61,020 nt of DNA from NCBI GenBank assembly GCA_963656825.1, contig CAVKJG010000004.1, positions 1-61,020 of the forward strand, written 5' to 3'. Below are positions 18,119 to 26,813 of the stretch, piece by piece. Positions within the stretch are counted from its first letter, which is position 1. Each line of letters begins with the position of its first letter. The position numbers and the translations under genes were made by a program. The DNA comes from Sphaerochaetaceae bacterium. Lineage in GTDB: Bacteria; Bacillota; Clostridia; Oscillospirales; CAG-272. The notes under the pieces are model-generated. The model saw only the letters and a list, made by a program, of their open reading frames with translations. It made no database searches and was not told where the DNA came from.

Positions 18119-18622
18119 ATGGCTAAAATAATTGATCCTGCAACTCTCGAGCTTACAGAGAGAACAGTTGCTACAAACCGTGTTTCCAAAACCGTCAAGG
18201 GCGGCCGCATCGCTCGTCAGACTGCTATTATGGTAGTCGGTGACTACAACGGTCACGTTGGCTACGGTCTTGGAAAAGCAAGCGAATATCCCGAAGCTAT
18301 CCGCAAGGGTATCGAAGACGCAAAGAAAAACATTATTGAAGTTTCCCTCAAGGGAACGACAATCCCCCACGAAGTTATCGGTCGCTACGGCGCAGCTCAG
18401 GTTCTTCTCAAGCCCGCTGCTCCCGGTACCGGAGTTCTTGCCGGCGGCACGGTCCGTGCGGTAGTTGAAATGGCGGGAATAAAGGATATCAGAGCTAAAT
18501 GCCTGCGTTCAAGCAACCCCACAAACGTAGTTAAGGCTACATTTGAAGGTCTCCGTGCGCTCCGCACAAGAGAACAGGTTGCCGCAGCCCGCGGTATTTC
18601 AAGCGAAGATGTCAAAGGCTGA
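18119..18622 (+). CDS. rpsE: 30S ribosomal protein S5
   Basis: Internal ATG with GGAGG upstream. Contains [10 protein letters not shown]. Confidence 0.93.
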   Translation: MAKIIDPATLELTERTVATNRVSKTVKGGRIARQTAIMVVGDYNGHVGYGLGKASEYPEAIRKGIEDAKKNIIEVSLKGTTIPHEVIGRYGAAQVLLKPAAPGTGVLAGGTVRAVVEMAGIKDIRAKCLRSSNPTNVVKATFEGLRALRTREQVAAARGISSEDVKG

Positions 18623-18636
18623 GGAGGAAAATGAAG

Positions 18637-18816
18637 ATGGAAAAAATCAAAATTACTCTTACAGGCAGCCTTATCGGTGCAAAACCCAACCAAAAAGCAA
18701 CGGCAAAGTCTCTCGGTTTGAACAAGATCGGCGACGTAACCGTTCAGAATAATGACGCTTCCGTTTTGGGTAAGGCAAGAATACTCGCTCACCTTATAAA
18801 GGTGGAAAACGTTTAA
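18637..18816 (+). CDS. rpmD: 50S ribosomal protein L30
   Basis: [31 protein letters not shown] 18637 has better SD spacing than ATG 18631 (alternative start). Confidence 0.9.
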   Translation: MEKIKITLTGSLIGAKPNQKATAKSLGLNKIGDVTVQNNDASVLGKARILAHLIKVENV

Positions 18817-18872
18817 GCATTGGCAAAAATCAATGTATCGAAAAAATTCACAGTATAAGGAGGAAAACCCAA

Positions 18873-19313
18873 ATGAAGCTTAATGAACTCAGACCTGCTG
18901 AAGGCTCTGTAACGCCCGCATGGCGCAAAGGCAGAGGCACAGGCTCCGGCAACGGAAAGACAGCAGGCAAAGGACATAAAGGTCAGAACGCAAGATCCGG
19001 CGGCGGTGTACGTCCGGGCTTTGAAGGCGGTCAGATCCCGCTTTACAGAAGACTTCCGAAAAGAGGCTTCCACAACAAGTTCGCGACCGAATATGCCATA
19101 GTAAATGTCAAAGCTCTTAACGCCTTTGAAAACGGAGCAACGGTAACCGAAGACGATCTCGTCTCCGCTAAAATCGTTCGCAAGGCTCTTGACGGAGTCA
19201 AGATTCTCGGCCAGGGCGAGCTTACAAAGAAGCTCACAGTCAAGGTCAGCGCCTTTTCCGCTTCCGCAAAGGAAAAAATTGAGCAGGCAGGCGGAAAGTG
19301 CGAGGTGGTATAA
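18873..19313 (+). CDS. rplO: 50S ribosomal protein L15
   Basis: [12 protein letters not shown]...[11 protein letters not shown]. Confidence 0.95.
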   Translation: MKLNELRPAEGSVTPAWRKGRGTGSGNGKTAGKGHKGQNARSGGGVRPGFEGGQIPLYRRLPKRGFHNKFATEYAIVNVKALNAFENGATVTEDDLVSAKIVRKALDGVKILGQGELTKKLTVKVSAFSASAKEKIEQAGGKCEVV

Positions 19314-20669
19314 GTGCTTAAGACACTCAGAAACGCTTGGGCAATACCTGAGCTCCGCCAGAAGATGCTCTTTACGCTCTTCATTCTTCTGCTGTACCGT
19401 ATAGGTGCGGCGATCCCCGTTCCGTTTATAAACGCCGTCGGCCTTCAGGTCGCGGAAACCTACGGCTCGGGTTCAATATTCAGTTATCTCAACATTCTTT
19501 CCGGTGACGCTTTCTCCAAGGCAACGCTCTTCGCGCTTGCCGTATCGCCTTACATCACGGCGCAGATCGTAATTCAGCTTCTTGCGGTTGCGATCCCCGC
19601 TCTCGAAAAGCTTTCAAAGCAGGGCGAAGAAGGCAGAAAAAAGCTTGAAAGAATTACACGTTATCTCACGGTTGCGCTTGCTCTTATAACCGCCTTCGGT
19701 TATTATCAGCTTCTCAGCTCGACCACGATGACAAACGTATACGGCAACATCATAACACAGGGCTCGACAAAGTTTGAAACCTTCTTTATCGCGGCAACGA
19801 TAATCCTCAGCTACACGGCGGGCGCGTCGCTCATCATGTGGCTTGCGGAAAAGATCGACGAGCAGGGCATCGGCAACGGTATCTCGATGATACTTTTTGC
19901 AAACATTCTCTGCGGAGTTCCTTCCACAATAGCGAACTTCTCGTCTCAGATAAACGAATATCTCGAACAGGACAATTCCTATGTTGCGGTAGCCGTTGTG
20001 CTTTCGGTGCTTGCGGTTGTTATGGTTCTCGCCTCCATCATATTCATGGTTTATATGACGGACGCGGAAAGACGTATCCCCGTTCAGTATGCAAAGCGCG
20101 TTGTAGGCAGAAAAATGTACGGCGGTCAGAATTCAAACCTTCCGATCAAGCTGAATATGTCGGGCGTTATGCCTATCATCTTCGCCTCGACGATAGTTTC
20201 TCTCCCCGTAACGATCATTTATCTCTGCCAGCCTAAATCGGGCAGCTTCTGGTCGAAAGTTCAGGACGCCCTTTCATCAGACAACTGGATTTACGCAGTC
20301 GTTTTATTCGTTCTGATTATTGCGTTCGCGTATTTCTATATTGCGATTTCCTTCAATCCTGTTGAAGTTGCAAACAACCTTATGCAGCAGGGTGGATCGA
20401 TCCCCGGCATTCGTCCCGGAAAGCCCACCGCTCAGTACATTCAGAAGGTACTGAACAAGGTTGTGCTTATGGGCGCGTTCTTCCTCGGAATAATCGCGTG
20501 CGTACCGCTTGTGGTAAATATCATTTCGACAGAGATCTTCTCCGTCGGTATCGGTATCGTATCATTCTCGGGATCGTCGCTTCTTATCGTTGTGGGCGTT
20601 GCGCTCGAAACGGTCAGAGATATGGAATCCCAGATGGCTATGCGCCACTACAAAGGATTTTTGCAGTAA
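19314..20669 (+). CDS. secY: preprotein translocase subunit SecY
   Basis: 451-aa, 10-TM protein. GTG start directly after the rplO stop. Canonical cluster position. Confidence 0.95.
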   Translation: MLKTLRNAWAIPELRQKMLFTLFILLLYRIGAAIPVPFINAVGLQVAETYGSGSIFSYLNILSGDAFSKATLFALAVSPYITAQIVIQLLAVAIPALEKLSKQGEEGRKKLERITRYLTVALALITAFGYYQLLSSTTMTNVYGNIITQGSTKFETFFIAATIILSYTAGASLIMWLAEKIDEQGIGNGISMILFANILCGVPSTIANFSSQINEYLEQDNSYVAVAVVLSVLAVVMVLASIIFMVYMTDAERRIPVQYAKRVVGRKMYGGQNSNLPIKLNMSGVMPIIFASTIVSLPVTIIYLCQPKSGSFWSKVQDALSSDNWIYAVVLFVLIIAFAYFYIAISFNPVEVANNLMQQGGSIPGIRPGKPTAQYIQKVLNKVVLMGAFFLGIIACVPLVVNIISTEIFSVGIGIVSFSGSSLLIVVGVALETVRDMESQMAMRHYKGFLQ

Positions 20670-20751
20670 GAGAAATTTCGTGTTTCCCCGCCGCACAGGG
20701 CGGTGGGGAAGCCCGATGTTTCATAAACCGTGATTTAAGGGAGGAAATGCT

Positions 20752-21393
20752 ATGAAACTTATGTTTTTGGGAGCTCCCGGCGCGGGCAAGGGCACGCAGG
20801 CGGAGATAGTTTCGGGAAAGTACAACATTCCGACGATCTCCACAGGCGCATTGCTCCGCGAAGCTATGGCGAAAGGCACAGAGCTTGGAAAGTCCGCAAA
20901 GAGCTATATCGACGCGGGCGAGCTTGTTCCGGACAGCGTTGTTATAGGTATAATCGAGCATCGTCTGAAGGATGACGACTGCAAGAACGGTTTTATCCTT
21001 GACGGCTTTCCGAGAACTGTTCCTCAGGCACAGGCGCTTGACGCTATGGGCGTGAATATGGATCTCGTAATAAGCATTGAGGTTCCCGACGAAAAGATAG
21101 TGGCTCGCATGGGCGGCAGACGTCTTTGCAAAAAGTGCGGAAGCACATACCACATTCTTTACAATCCGTCGGAAGCCGAAGGAAAATGTGACAAGTGTGA
21201 CGGTGAGCTTTACACCCGCGCGGACGATGTTCCGGAGGTTGTAAAGGAAAGACTCAATGTTTACCACAATCAGACAGAGCCGCTTAAAGAGTATTATTCT
21301 TCAAAGGGTAAGCTGGTTACGGTAGAGGGTCAGGAGCAGGTAGCCGATACGACGGCGCTCACGCTTGCCGCTATTGAAAAATTCAGAGGTTAA
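20752..21393 (+). CDS. adk: adenylate kinase (zinc-lid form)
   Basis: P-loop GAPGAGKGTQ and lid CKKCGSTYH...CDKCDGEL. Confidence 0.95.
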   Translation: MKLMFLGAPGAGKGTQAEIVSGKYNIPTISTGALLREAMAKGTELGKSAKSYIDAGELVPDSVVIGIIEHRLKDDDCKNGFILDGFPRTVPQAQALDAMGVNMDLVISIEVPDEKIVARMGGRRLCKKCGSTYHILYNPSEAEGKCDKCDGELYTRADDVPEVVKERLNVYHNQTEPLKEYYSSKGKLVTVEGQEQVADTTALTLAAIEKFRG

Positions 21394-21399
21394 TTACCT

Positions 21400-22152
21400 A
21401 TGATATCAATTAAAAACAGCGAACAGCTGGCATTGATGCGAAAAGCCGGCAGAATAACCGGAGAAGCGATCCTTACGGCGCGCGACCATATAAGAGAAGG
21501 CGTTACAACGGCTTATCTTGATACGGTGATACGCGAGTTTATCGAACGCTGTGGGGCAAGACCCACGTTTCTCGGTTACGGCGGCTTTCCGGGCAGCGCG
21601 TGCATCAGCATAAACGATGAAGTCATTCACGGAATACCGAGCAAGCATCGTGTGCTCCGCGAGGGCGATATCGTTAAAATAGATGTAGGCGCCTGCTACC
21701 GAGGCTTCAATGGTGACAGCGCAAATACTTTTGCGGTAGGCAGGATATCAGCTGAGGCGCAAGCCCTGATAGATGTAACACGCGAAAGCTTTTATCGCGG
21801 TGTCGCCGAGGCAAGAAACGGCGCGAGAATAGGTGATATCGGCGCCGAAATCTGCGGTTATGCAACGTCGCTCGGATACGGAGTTATCCGTCAATACGTT
21901 GGTCACGGCGTGGGCAGAGAGCTTCACGAGGACCCCGAAGTTCCGAATTTCGGAACGCGCGGCAGAGGTCCGAGGCTTTTCTCCGGTATGACGATTGCAA
22001 TAGAACCGATGATAACAGCAGGCAGCCACGAGGTGAGAGTGCTTGATAACGATTGGACGGTCGTAACCGTGGACGGTTCGCTTTCCGCTCATTACGAGCA
22101 CACCGTTGCAATAACCGACGGCGAGCCTGAGCTTCTTACAAAAGTCGAATGA
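21400..22152 (+). CDS. map: type I methionine aminopeptidase
   Basis: 250 aa with the HGIP...DVGA...HGVG...IEP metal-ligand pattern. Confidence 0.92.
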   Translation: MISIKNSEQLALMRKAGRITGEAILTARDHIREGVTTAYLDTVIREFIERCGARPTFLGYGGFPGSACISINDEVIHGIPSKHRVLREGDIVKIDVGACYRGFNGDSANTFAVGRISAEAQALIDVTRESFYRGVAEARNGARIGDIGAEICGYATSLGYGVIRQYVGHGVGRELHEDPEVPNFGTRGRGPRLFSGMTIAIEPMITAGSHEVRVLDNDWTVVTVDGSLSAHYEHTVAITDGEPELLTKVE

Positions 22153-22176
22153 CAAAGACATTTCAGGAGGGAATCA

Positions 22177-22413
22177 ATGCCAAAAGACGATGTTATAGAG
22201 TTTGAAGGTACGGTTGTTGAGGCAATGCCGAACGCCACCTTCAAGGTCAAGCTCCCGAACGGTCATATAGTGACCGCACAGCTTTCGGGAAAACTCAGAA
22301 TGAACTATATCAGAATCGTGCCGGGCGACCGTGTCACGATAGAGGTTTCCATTTACGATCTTAATAAAGGTCGCATTACATGGAGACTTCCAAGCGAAAA
22401 TAATCAAAGCTGA
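22177..22413 (+). CDS. infA: translation initiation factor IF-1
   Basis: Contains [24 protein letters not shown]. Confidence 0.95.
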   Translation: MPKDDVIEFEGTVVEAMPNATFKVKLPNGHIVTAQLSGKLRMNYIRIVPGDRVTIEVSIYDLNKGRITWRLPSENNQS

Positions 22414-22431
22414 AAGGAAAGGTAATATACA

Positions 22432-22545
22432 ATGAAAGTAAAACCTTCCGTTAAGAAAATTTGCTCAAAATGCAAAATAATCAAAAGAAACGGCAACGTA
22501 ATGGTAATCTGCGAAAACCCCAAGCACAAGCAGAGACAGGGTTGA
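22432..22545 (+). CDS. rpmJ: 50S ribosomal protein L36
   Basis: 37-aa ORF not in the supplied track: [37 protein letters not shown]. Confidence 0.93.
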   Translation: MKVKPSVKKICSKCKIIKRNGNVMVICENPKHKQRQG

Positions 22546-22568
22546 GCAGGAAAGGGGAGGTATAATAA

Positions 22569-22937
22569 ATGGCTCGTATAGCTGGCGTTGAACTTCCGAA
22601 CCAGAAGAGAGTTGAGATCGGTCTCACATATATCTACGGTATCGGAAGAACAACATCAAATCAGATCCTCGCTAAAACAGGAATCGATCCCGATATCCGC
22701 TGCAAGGATCTCACAGAAGATGACGTTTCAAAGCTCCGCGACGAAATCGAAAATTCCCACAAGGTTGAGGGTGCTCTTCGCAGTGAAGTGGCTCTTGACA
22801 TAAAGAGAATGGTCGAAATCGGTTGCTATCGCGGCGTCAGACACAGAAAAGGCTTGCCCGTCCGCGGTCAGAGAACAAAGACGAACGCGAGAACAAGAAA
22901 AGGTAAAGCCAAGACGATCGCGAATAAGAAGAAATAA
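22569..22937 (+). CDS. rpsM: 30S ribosomal protein S13
   Basis: N-terminus [15 protein letters not shown]. Confidence 0.95.
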   Translation: MARIAGVELPNQKRVEIGLTYIYGIGRTTSNQILAKTGIDPDIRCKDLTEDDVSKLRDEIENSHKVEGALRSEVALDIKRMVEIGCYRGVRHRKGLPVRGQRTKTNARTRKGKAKTIANKKK

Positions 22938-22951
22938 GGAGTGACGAACAG

Positions 22952-23350
22952 ATGGCTAAAACAGTAGCAAAAAAGGCAGTCAAAAAGCGCCGCGAACGTA
23001 AGAACGTCGAAAAAGGCGCAGTTCACATCCGTGCGACATACAACAACACAATCGTTACTATAACAGATACGAACGGAAACGCAGTATCGTGGGCTTCCGC
23101 CGGCGAGCTCGGCTTCAGAGGTTCGAGAAAGTCTACCGCTTTCGCAGCTCAGATGGCTGCCGAAACAGCAGGCAAAATAGCTGTTGATAACGGAATGAAG
23201 AGTGTTGAGGTTTACGTCAAGGGACCCGGTCAGGGCAGAGAATCCGCTATCCGCGCTCTCTCCACCGTAGGTCTTGAAGTAACGCTTATCCGTGACGTAA
23301 CGCCTGTTCCGCACAACGGATGCAGACCGCCCAAGATCAGACGTGTCTGA
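22952..23350 (+). CDS. rpsK: 30S ribosomal protein S11
   Basis: Contains [15 protein letters not shown]. Confidence 0.95.
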   Translation: MAKTVAKKAVKKRRERKNVEKGAVHIRATYNNTIVTITDTNGNAVSWASAGELGFRGSRKSTAFAAQMAAETAGKIAVDNGMKSVEVYVKGPGQGRESAIRALSTVGLEVTLIRDVTPVPHNGCRPPKIRRV

Positions 23351-23376
23351 AATAATTATTGGAGGTACTATACACT

Positions 23377-24006
23377 ATGGCAAGATATACAGGTCCTGTG
23401 TGCAGAATGTGCCGCAGAGAAGGCACCAAGCTCTTTCTTAAGGGCGAACGCTGCCTGACTGATAAGTGCCCCGTAACTCGCCGCGGAACAGCTCCCGGTC
23501 AGCACGGCGCAGCACAGGTTAAAAAAGGCAAAGAGTACTATATGCAGCTTCGTGAGAAGCAGAAGGCTAAAAGATACTACGGCGTTCTTGAAAAGCAGTT
23601 CAGAGCATATTATGATATGGCTGCCAAAAAAGAAGGCCAGACAGGTGAAAATCTTCTTTGCCTCCTTGAAAGACGTTTTGATAACGTTGTTTACAGAATG
23701 GGACTTGCTGAAAGCCGCAAGGAAGCAAGACAGCTCGTTCTTCATTCACACTTCACGATCAACGGAAAGAAAGCGGACATTCCTTCTATCATAGTAAAGA
23801 AGGGTGACGTTATCGCTCTCAGCGATTCCTCCCGCGATTCCGAAAAGATCAAATCCCTGCTTGAGCTTATGGATAACAAAGTATTCCCGAGCTGGCTTGA
23901 CGTCGATAAAGCAAATGCTAAGGCAACGGTTGCAAATCTTCCCACAAGAGAAGACGTTGACTTCCCGTTCCAGGAGCATCTCATCGTCGAGTTGTACTCC
24001 AAGTAA
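23377..24006 (+). CDS. rpsD: 30S ribosomal protein S4
   Basis: Internal ATG gives [16 protein letters not shown]. Confidence 0.93.
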   Translation: MARYTGPVCRMCRREGTKLFLKGERCLTDKCPVTRRGTAPGQHGAAQVKKGKEYYMQLREKQKAKRYYGVLEKQFRAYYDMAAKKEGQTGENLLCLLERRFDNVVYRMGLAESRKEARQLVLHSHFTINGKKADIPSIIVKKGDVIALSDSSRDSEKIKSLLELMDNKVFPSWLDVDKANAKATVANLPTREDVDFPFQEHLIVELYSK

Positions 24007-24112
24007 TAATTTGCCTCCGACGCCGCACTGCGACGCGGAAATCCGCAGACGCAGGCGGTGCCGCAACAGAATGCACTGCAAGTGCATAAAAAATTTACAG
24101 GAGGGTTAATCA

Positions 24113-25078
24113 ATGATCGAGATAGAAAAGCCGAATATAACAGCTTTTGACACAAGCGATGACGGCAGGAGCGGAACATTTGTTGTCGAGCCGCTTAAAC
24201 GCGGTTACGGAACAACACTTGGCAACTCTCTCCGCAGAGTGCTTCTCAGCTCGCTTCCAGGCGTTGCCGTTGTAAGCATACGCATCAGCGGCGGCGGCAA
24301 GGATGTTCTTCACGAAATATCCACCGTTCCCGGCGTAAAAGAGGACGTTTGCGAAATCGTTCTCAACGTCAAGGGCATTACGGCAAAGCTCTTTTCAAAT
24401 TCGGCAAAGACGGTATCCATCGACGTAACGGGCGCATGCGATGTTACGGCGGGAGATATCATGTGTGACGACGAATTGCAGATTCTTAACCCTGAGCATC
24501 ATATAGCTACGGTAAGCGAGGGTGTGCGTTTCCATATGGATCTCACCTTTGATCACGGCTCGGGCTATGTATCTCAGGAAAAAAACAAGCAGGATTATTC
24601 ATCAGGTCAGCTTGGCGTGATTTTCGTCGATTCGATTTTCACCCCGGTCTATAATGTCAACTACACCGTTGAAAATACGCGCGTAGGCAACAGTATAGAT
24701 TTTGACAAACTCACAATCAACGTGCTGACGAACGGTACGATTTCCGCAAAGGAAGCCGTTTCGCTCGGAGCCAAGATACTCAACGAACATCTCAATCTCT
24801 TTGTTGATCTTTCGGAAGAAGCAAAGAGAGCGGAGATAATGGTTGAACGCGAAGAAACCAAGAAAGAAAAAGTACTTGAGATGACCATTGAGGAGCTTGA
24901 CCTGTCCGTTCGCAGCTTCAACTGCTTGAAGCGCGCGGGCATCGATACGGTCGAGGATCTGACAAGCAAAACCGAAGAGGATATGATAAAGGTCAGAAAC
25001 CTCGGCAAAAAATCGCTCGAAGAAGTCATCCAGAAACTCCATTCGCTCGGACTTACCCTGCGGAAGGAAGAGGACTGA
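24113..25078 (+). CDS. rpoA: DNA-directed RNA polymerase subunit alpha
   Basis: 321 aa. C-terminal domain [16 protein letters not shown]. Confidence 0.95.
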   Translation: MIEIEKPNITAFDTSDDGRSGTFVVEPLKRGYGTTLGNSLRRVLLSSLPGVAVVSIRISGGGKDVLHEISTVPGVKEDVCEIVLNVKGITAKLFSNSAKTVSIDVTGACDVTAGDIMCDDELQILNPEHHIATVSEGVRFHMDLTFDHGSGYVSQEKNKQDYSSGQLGVIFVDSIFTPVYNVNYTVENTRVGNSIDFDKLTINVLTNGTISAKEAVSLGAKILNEHLNLFVDLSEEAKRAEIMVEREETKKEKVLEMTIEELDLSVRSFNCLKRAGIDTVEDLTSKTEEDMIKVRNLGKKSLEEVIQKLHSLGLTLRKEED

Positions 25079-25151
25079 TTTCTTTGTGAATTACAAAAGC
25101 TGCACATGCTGAAATCCTTATGAAAAATAGGGAAAAAGGAGGAAAAACAAC

Positions 25152-25493
25152 ATGCCCGGAACCAGAAAACTCGGCAGAGTGACCGCGCACAGAAACGCGA
25201 TGCTTCGCGGAATGGTCACCTATCTTTTGGAAAACGGTTCGATAGAAACAACTCTTACAAGAGCTAAAGAAGTAAGATGCATGGCTGAAAAAATGATTAC
25301 GCTCGGCAAGACGAACACTCTTGCTTCGCGCCGCCAGGCTCTTGCATACATCACAAAAGAAGATGTTGTAAAGAAGCTCTTCGACGAGATCGCTCCCGCA
25401 TATTCCGATAGAAACGGCGGTTATACAGCTATTTACAAGCTCGGACCCCGTCGCGGCGACGCTGCCGAAATGGCACTTATAAAACTTGTATAA
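25152..25493 (+). CDS. rplQ: 50S ribosomal protein L17
   Basis: [17 protein letters not shown], and last gene of the alpha operon. Confidence 0.95.
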   Translation: MPGTRKLGRVTAHRNAMLRGMVTYLLENGSIETTLTRAKEVRCMAEKMITLGKTNTLASRRQALAYITKEDVVKKLFDEIAPAYSDRNGGYTAIYKLGPRRGDAAEMALIKLV

Positions 25494-25508
25494 ATCATAT
25501 AAGTAAAT

Positions 25509-25545
25509 AAAAAACCAAGCTCCTTTTCGGAGCTTGGTTTTTTTA
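25509..25545. terminator. bidirectional terminator (rplQ / XRE gene)
   Basis: AAAAACCAAGCTCC-TTTTC-GGAGCTTGGTTTTTTT. Confidence 0.85.
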
Positions 25546-25758
25546 TTTGTTTCTTTTCGGATTGTCCGTTTGTGAAAGAAGAAAGTCGATTGAAACATTG
25601 TGATAATCTGCAAGCTTTATAAGTATATCGGTGGGGATATCAAGCTCGCCGCGCTCATAATTGCTGTAAACGCGCTGACTGCATGAAAGTATTTCGCTCA
25701 ATTGCTTCTGGGTGATGTCTTTGTCTTCTCGCAGACTTCGTATTCGTGGGAAAAGCAT
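25543..25758 (-). CDS. XRE-family helix-turn-helix transcriptional regulator
   Basis: 71 aa. ITQKQLSEILSCSQRVYSNYERGELDIP is a typical Cro/CI HTH. RBS AGAGGTGA upstream. Confidence 0.85.
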   Translation of the reverse strand: MLFPRIRSLREDKDITQKQLSEILSCSQRVYSNYERGELDIPTDILIKLADYHNVSIDFLLSQTDNPKRNK

Positions 25759-25786
25759 ATAATATCACCTCTTACTAATTTTATCA

Positions 25787-25828
25787 TAGCGGAAAATCCG
25801 CTATTGACATTTAGCGTATTATCCGCTA
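25787..25828. promoter_or_regulatory. pair of 17-bp palindromic operators (TAGCGGAAAATCCGCTA and TAGCGTATTATCCGCTA)
   Basis: Located at 25787-25803 and 25812-25828. They share TAGCG/CGCTA half-sites and bracket or fill the promoter next to the HTH gene. Confidence 0.6.
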
Positions 25829-25832
25829 TAAT
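25804..25832 (+). promoter_or_regulatory. consensus sigma-A promoter
   Basis: TTGACA, a 17-nt spacer, then TATAAT. Confidence 0.7.
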
Positions 25833-25838
25833 GGTATA

Positions 25839-26026
25839 CAGACATCACTCAGCCGTTCCACACGCTGAATTTATGCGAAGATTTAGGTATCTGCGCGAAG
25901 ATGGCTAAAGCATCCGTGGTCAATGACGTTTCCCCCGAACGTGATTTTCTTTCGGTGGCTTCGGTCGCGCAGATTCCCAAATCCTCGGAGAGATGACTTC
26001 CGGCGGGTTTGTTTTTTATTTTTTGC
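25839..26026 (+). ncRNA. candidate ~190-nt structured non-coding RNA (unclassified)
   Basis: Lies downstream of the consensus promoter. No ORF with an RBS. Perfect 10-bp long-range pairing 25889-25898/25965-25974, extended on both sides. Ends in a T-tract. Confidence 0.35.
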
Positions 26027-26099
26027 GTCTTTTTCTGCCGAGCAGCTTCTTCAGCAGGGGAGAGAGAAATTTAGGAGATTTGAGAACTATTATTTTCAT
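26016..26099 (-). CDS. spoVM: stage V sporulation protein M (27-aa amphipathic peptide)
   Basis: MKIIVLKSPKFLSPLLKKLLGRKRRKK with AAAGGAG 8 nt upstream. Matches the K-x-PKFL...LG..RK pattern of B. subtilis SpoVM (MKFYTIKLPKFLGGIVRAMLGSFRKD, from memory). Absent from the ORF track. Confidence 0.7.
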   Translation of the reverse strand: MKIIVLKSPKFLSPLLKKLLGRKRRKK

Positions 26100-26190
26100 T
26101 TCGGAAGCTCCTTTGAAGGCTTATAATGCGTTTTAGTTTATATTATGCGCGGAAAATGCGCCGCGTTACCCGAAAAATATAAAAAAAGTA

Positions 26191-26219
26191 TTGCAATTCA
26201 CTTATTATTATGATATAAT
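26191..26219 (+). promoter_or_regulatory. sigma-A promoter of the rimP-nusA-infB operon
   Basis: TTGCAA, a 17-nt spacer, then TATAAT. Confidence 0.65.
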
Positions 26220-26225
26220 ATTCCA

Positions 26226-26306
26226 AGAATAATGAAAGGACATTGAGAGTGGGCGCTGCCCACTCTCAATTCTTTGTAAAGATTTTTTGTGAAAGGCGGA
26301 AAAACT
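26226..26306 (+). promoter_or_regulatory. rimP/nusA operon leader with a 13-bp hairpin (possible rimP-leader motif or attenuator)
   Basis: ATTGAGAGTGGGC-GCT-GCCCACTCTCAAT (26242-26270) followed by TCTTTGTAAAGATTTTTT. Confidence 0.45.
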
Positions 26307-26786
26307 GTGGCAAAAACAGCAAACATAGCGTCCGTTGCGGAAAAGCTTATAACCCCTTGTACAGAAGAGCTCGGATACAGGGTGTGGGACGTTGAATTCG
26401 TAAAGGAAGGCTCCGGATGGTTCCTTCGCGTTACGATAGATTCCGACGACGGCATAGACATTGACGACTGCGAAAAAGTCAGCAGGGCGATAAGTCCGCT
26501 TCTTGACGAGGCTGATCCGATAGAGCAGAACTATACGCTTGAAGTAAGCTCGCCCGGGCTTGAAAGAACGCTTCGCACACCGGCACATTTTGCGGCGTGC
26601 ATCGGAGAGGAGATAGAGGTAAAGCTCTATTCTCCGGACGAGAGCGGAAGCAAGGCGTACAAGGGAAAGCTTGTATCCTCGGGCGAGGAGAATTTCACAA
26701 TTGAAACAGACGGCGCGGAAAAGACGTTTGAAATTTCAAAGGTGGCAAAGGCAAACGTATTTTTCGATTTTACCGATATAGAATAA
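26307..26786 (+). CDS. rimP: ribosome maturation factor RimP
   Basis: DVEFVKEGSGWFLRVTIDSDDGIDIDDCEKVS. GTG 26307 is preferred; GTG 26289 is the alternative start. Confidence 0.9.
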   Translation: MAKTANIASVAEKLITPCTEELGYRVWDVEFVKEGSGWFLRVTIDSDDGIDIDDCEKVSRAISPLLDEADPIEQNYTLEVSSPGLERTLRTPAHFAACIGEEIEVKLYSPDESGSKAYKGKLVSSGEENFTIETDGAEKTFEISKVAKANVFFDFTDIE

Positions 26787-26813
26787 TTTACAGAAGGAAG
26801 GTTTTGATCAAAA

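Noticed and set aside
25839-26026. Calling the candidate RNA 6S RNA.
   Set aside because: The length and long-hairpin architecture are reminiscent of 6S RNA, but the internal loop is one-sided and there is no recognisable 6S sequence signature. Control by a dedicated XRE repressor does not fit a housekeeping RNA. It cannot be supported without a covariance-model search.
25901-26126. Small plus-strand ORFs in the XRE-spoVM spacer (31 codons from 25901; 67 codons from 25923).
   Set aside because: Neither has a Shine-Dalgarno. The 67-codon ORF runs through the T-tract and antisense to spoVM, with Arg/Phe-rich composition. They are retained only as a caveat to the ncRNA hypothesis.
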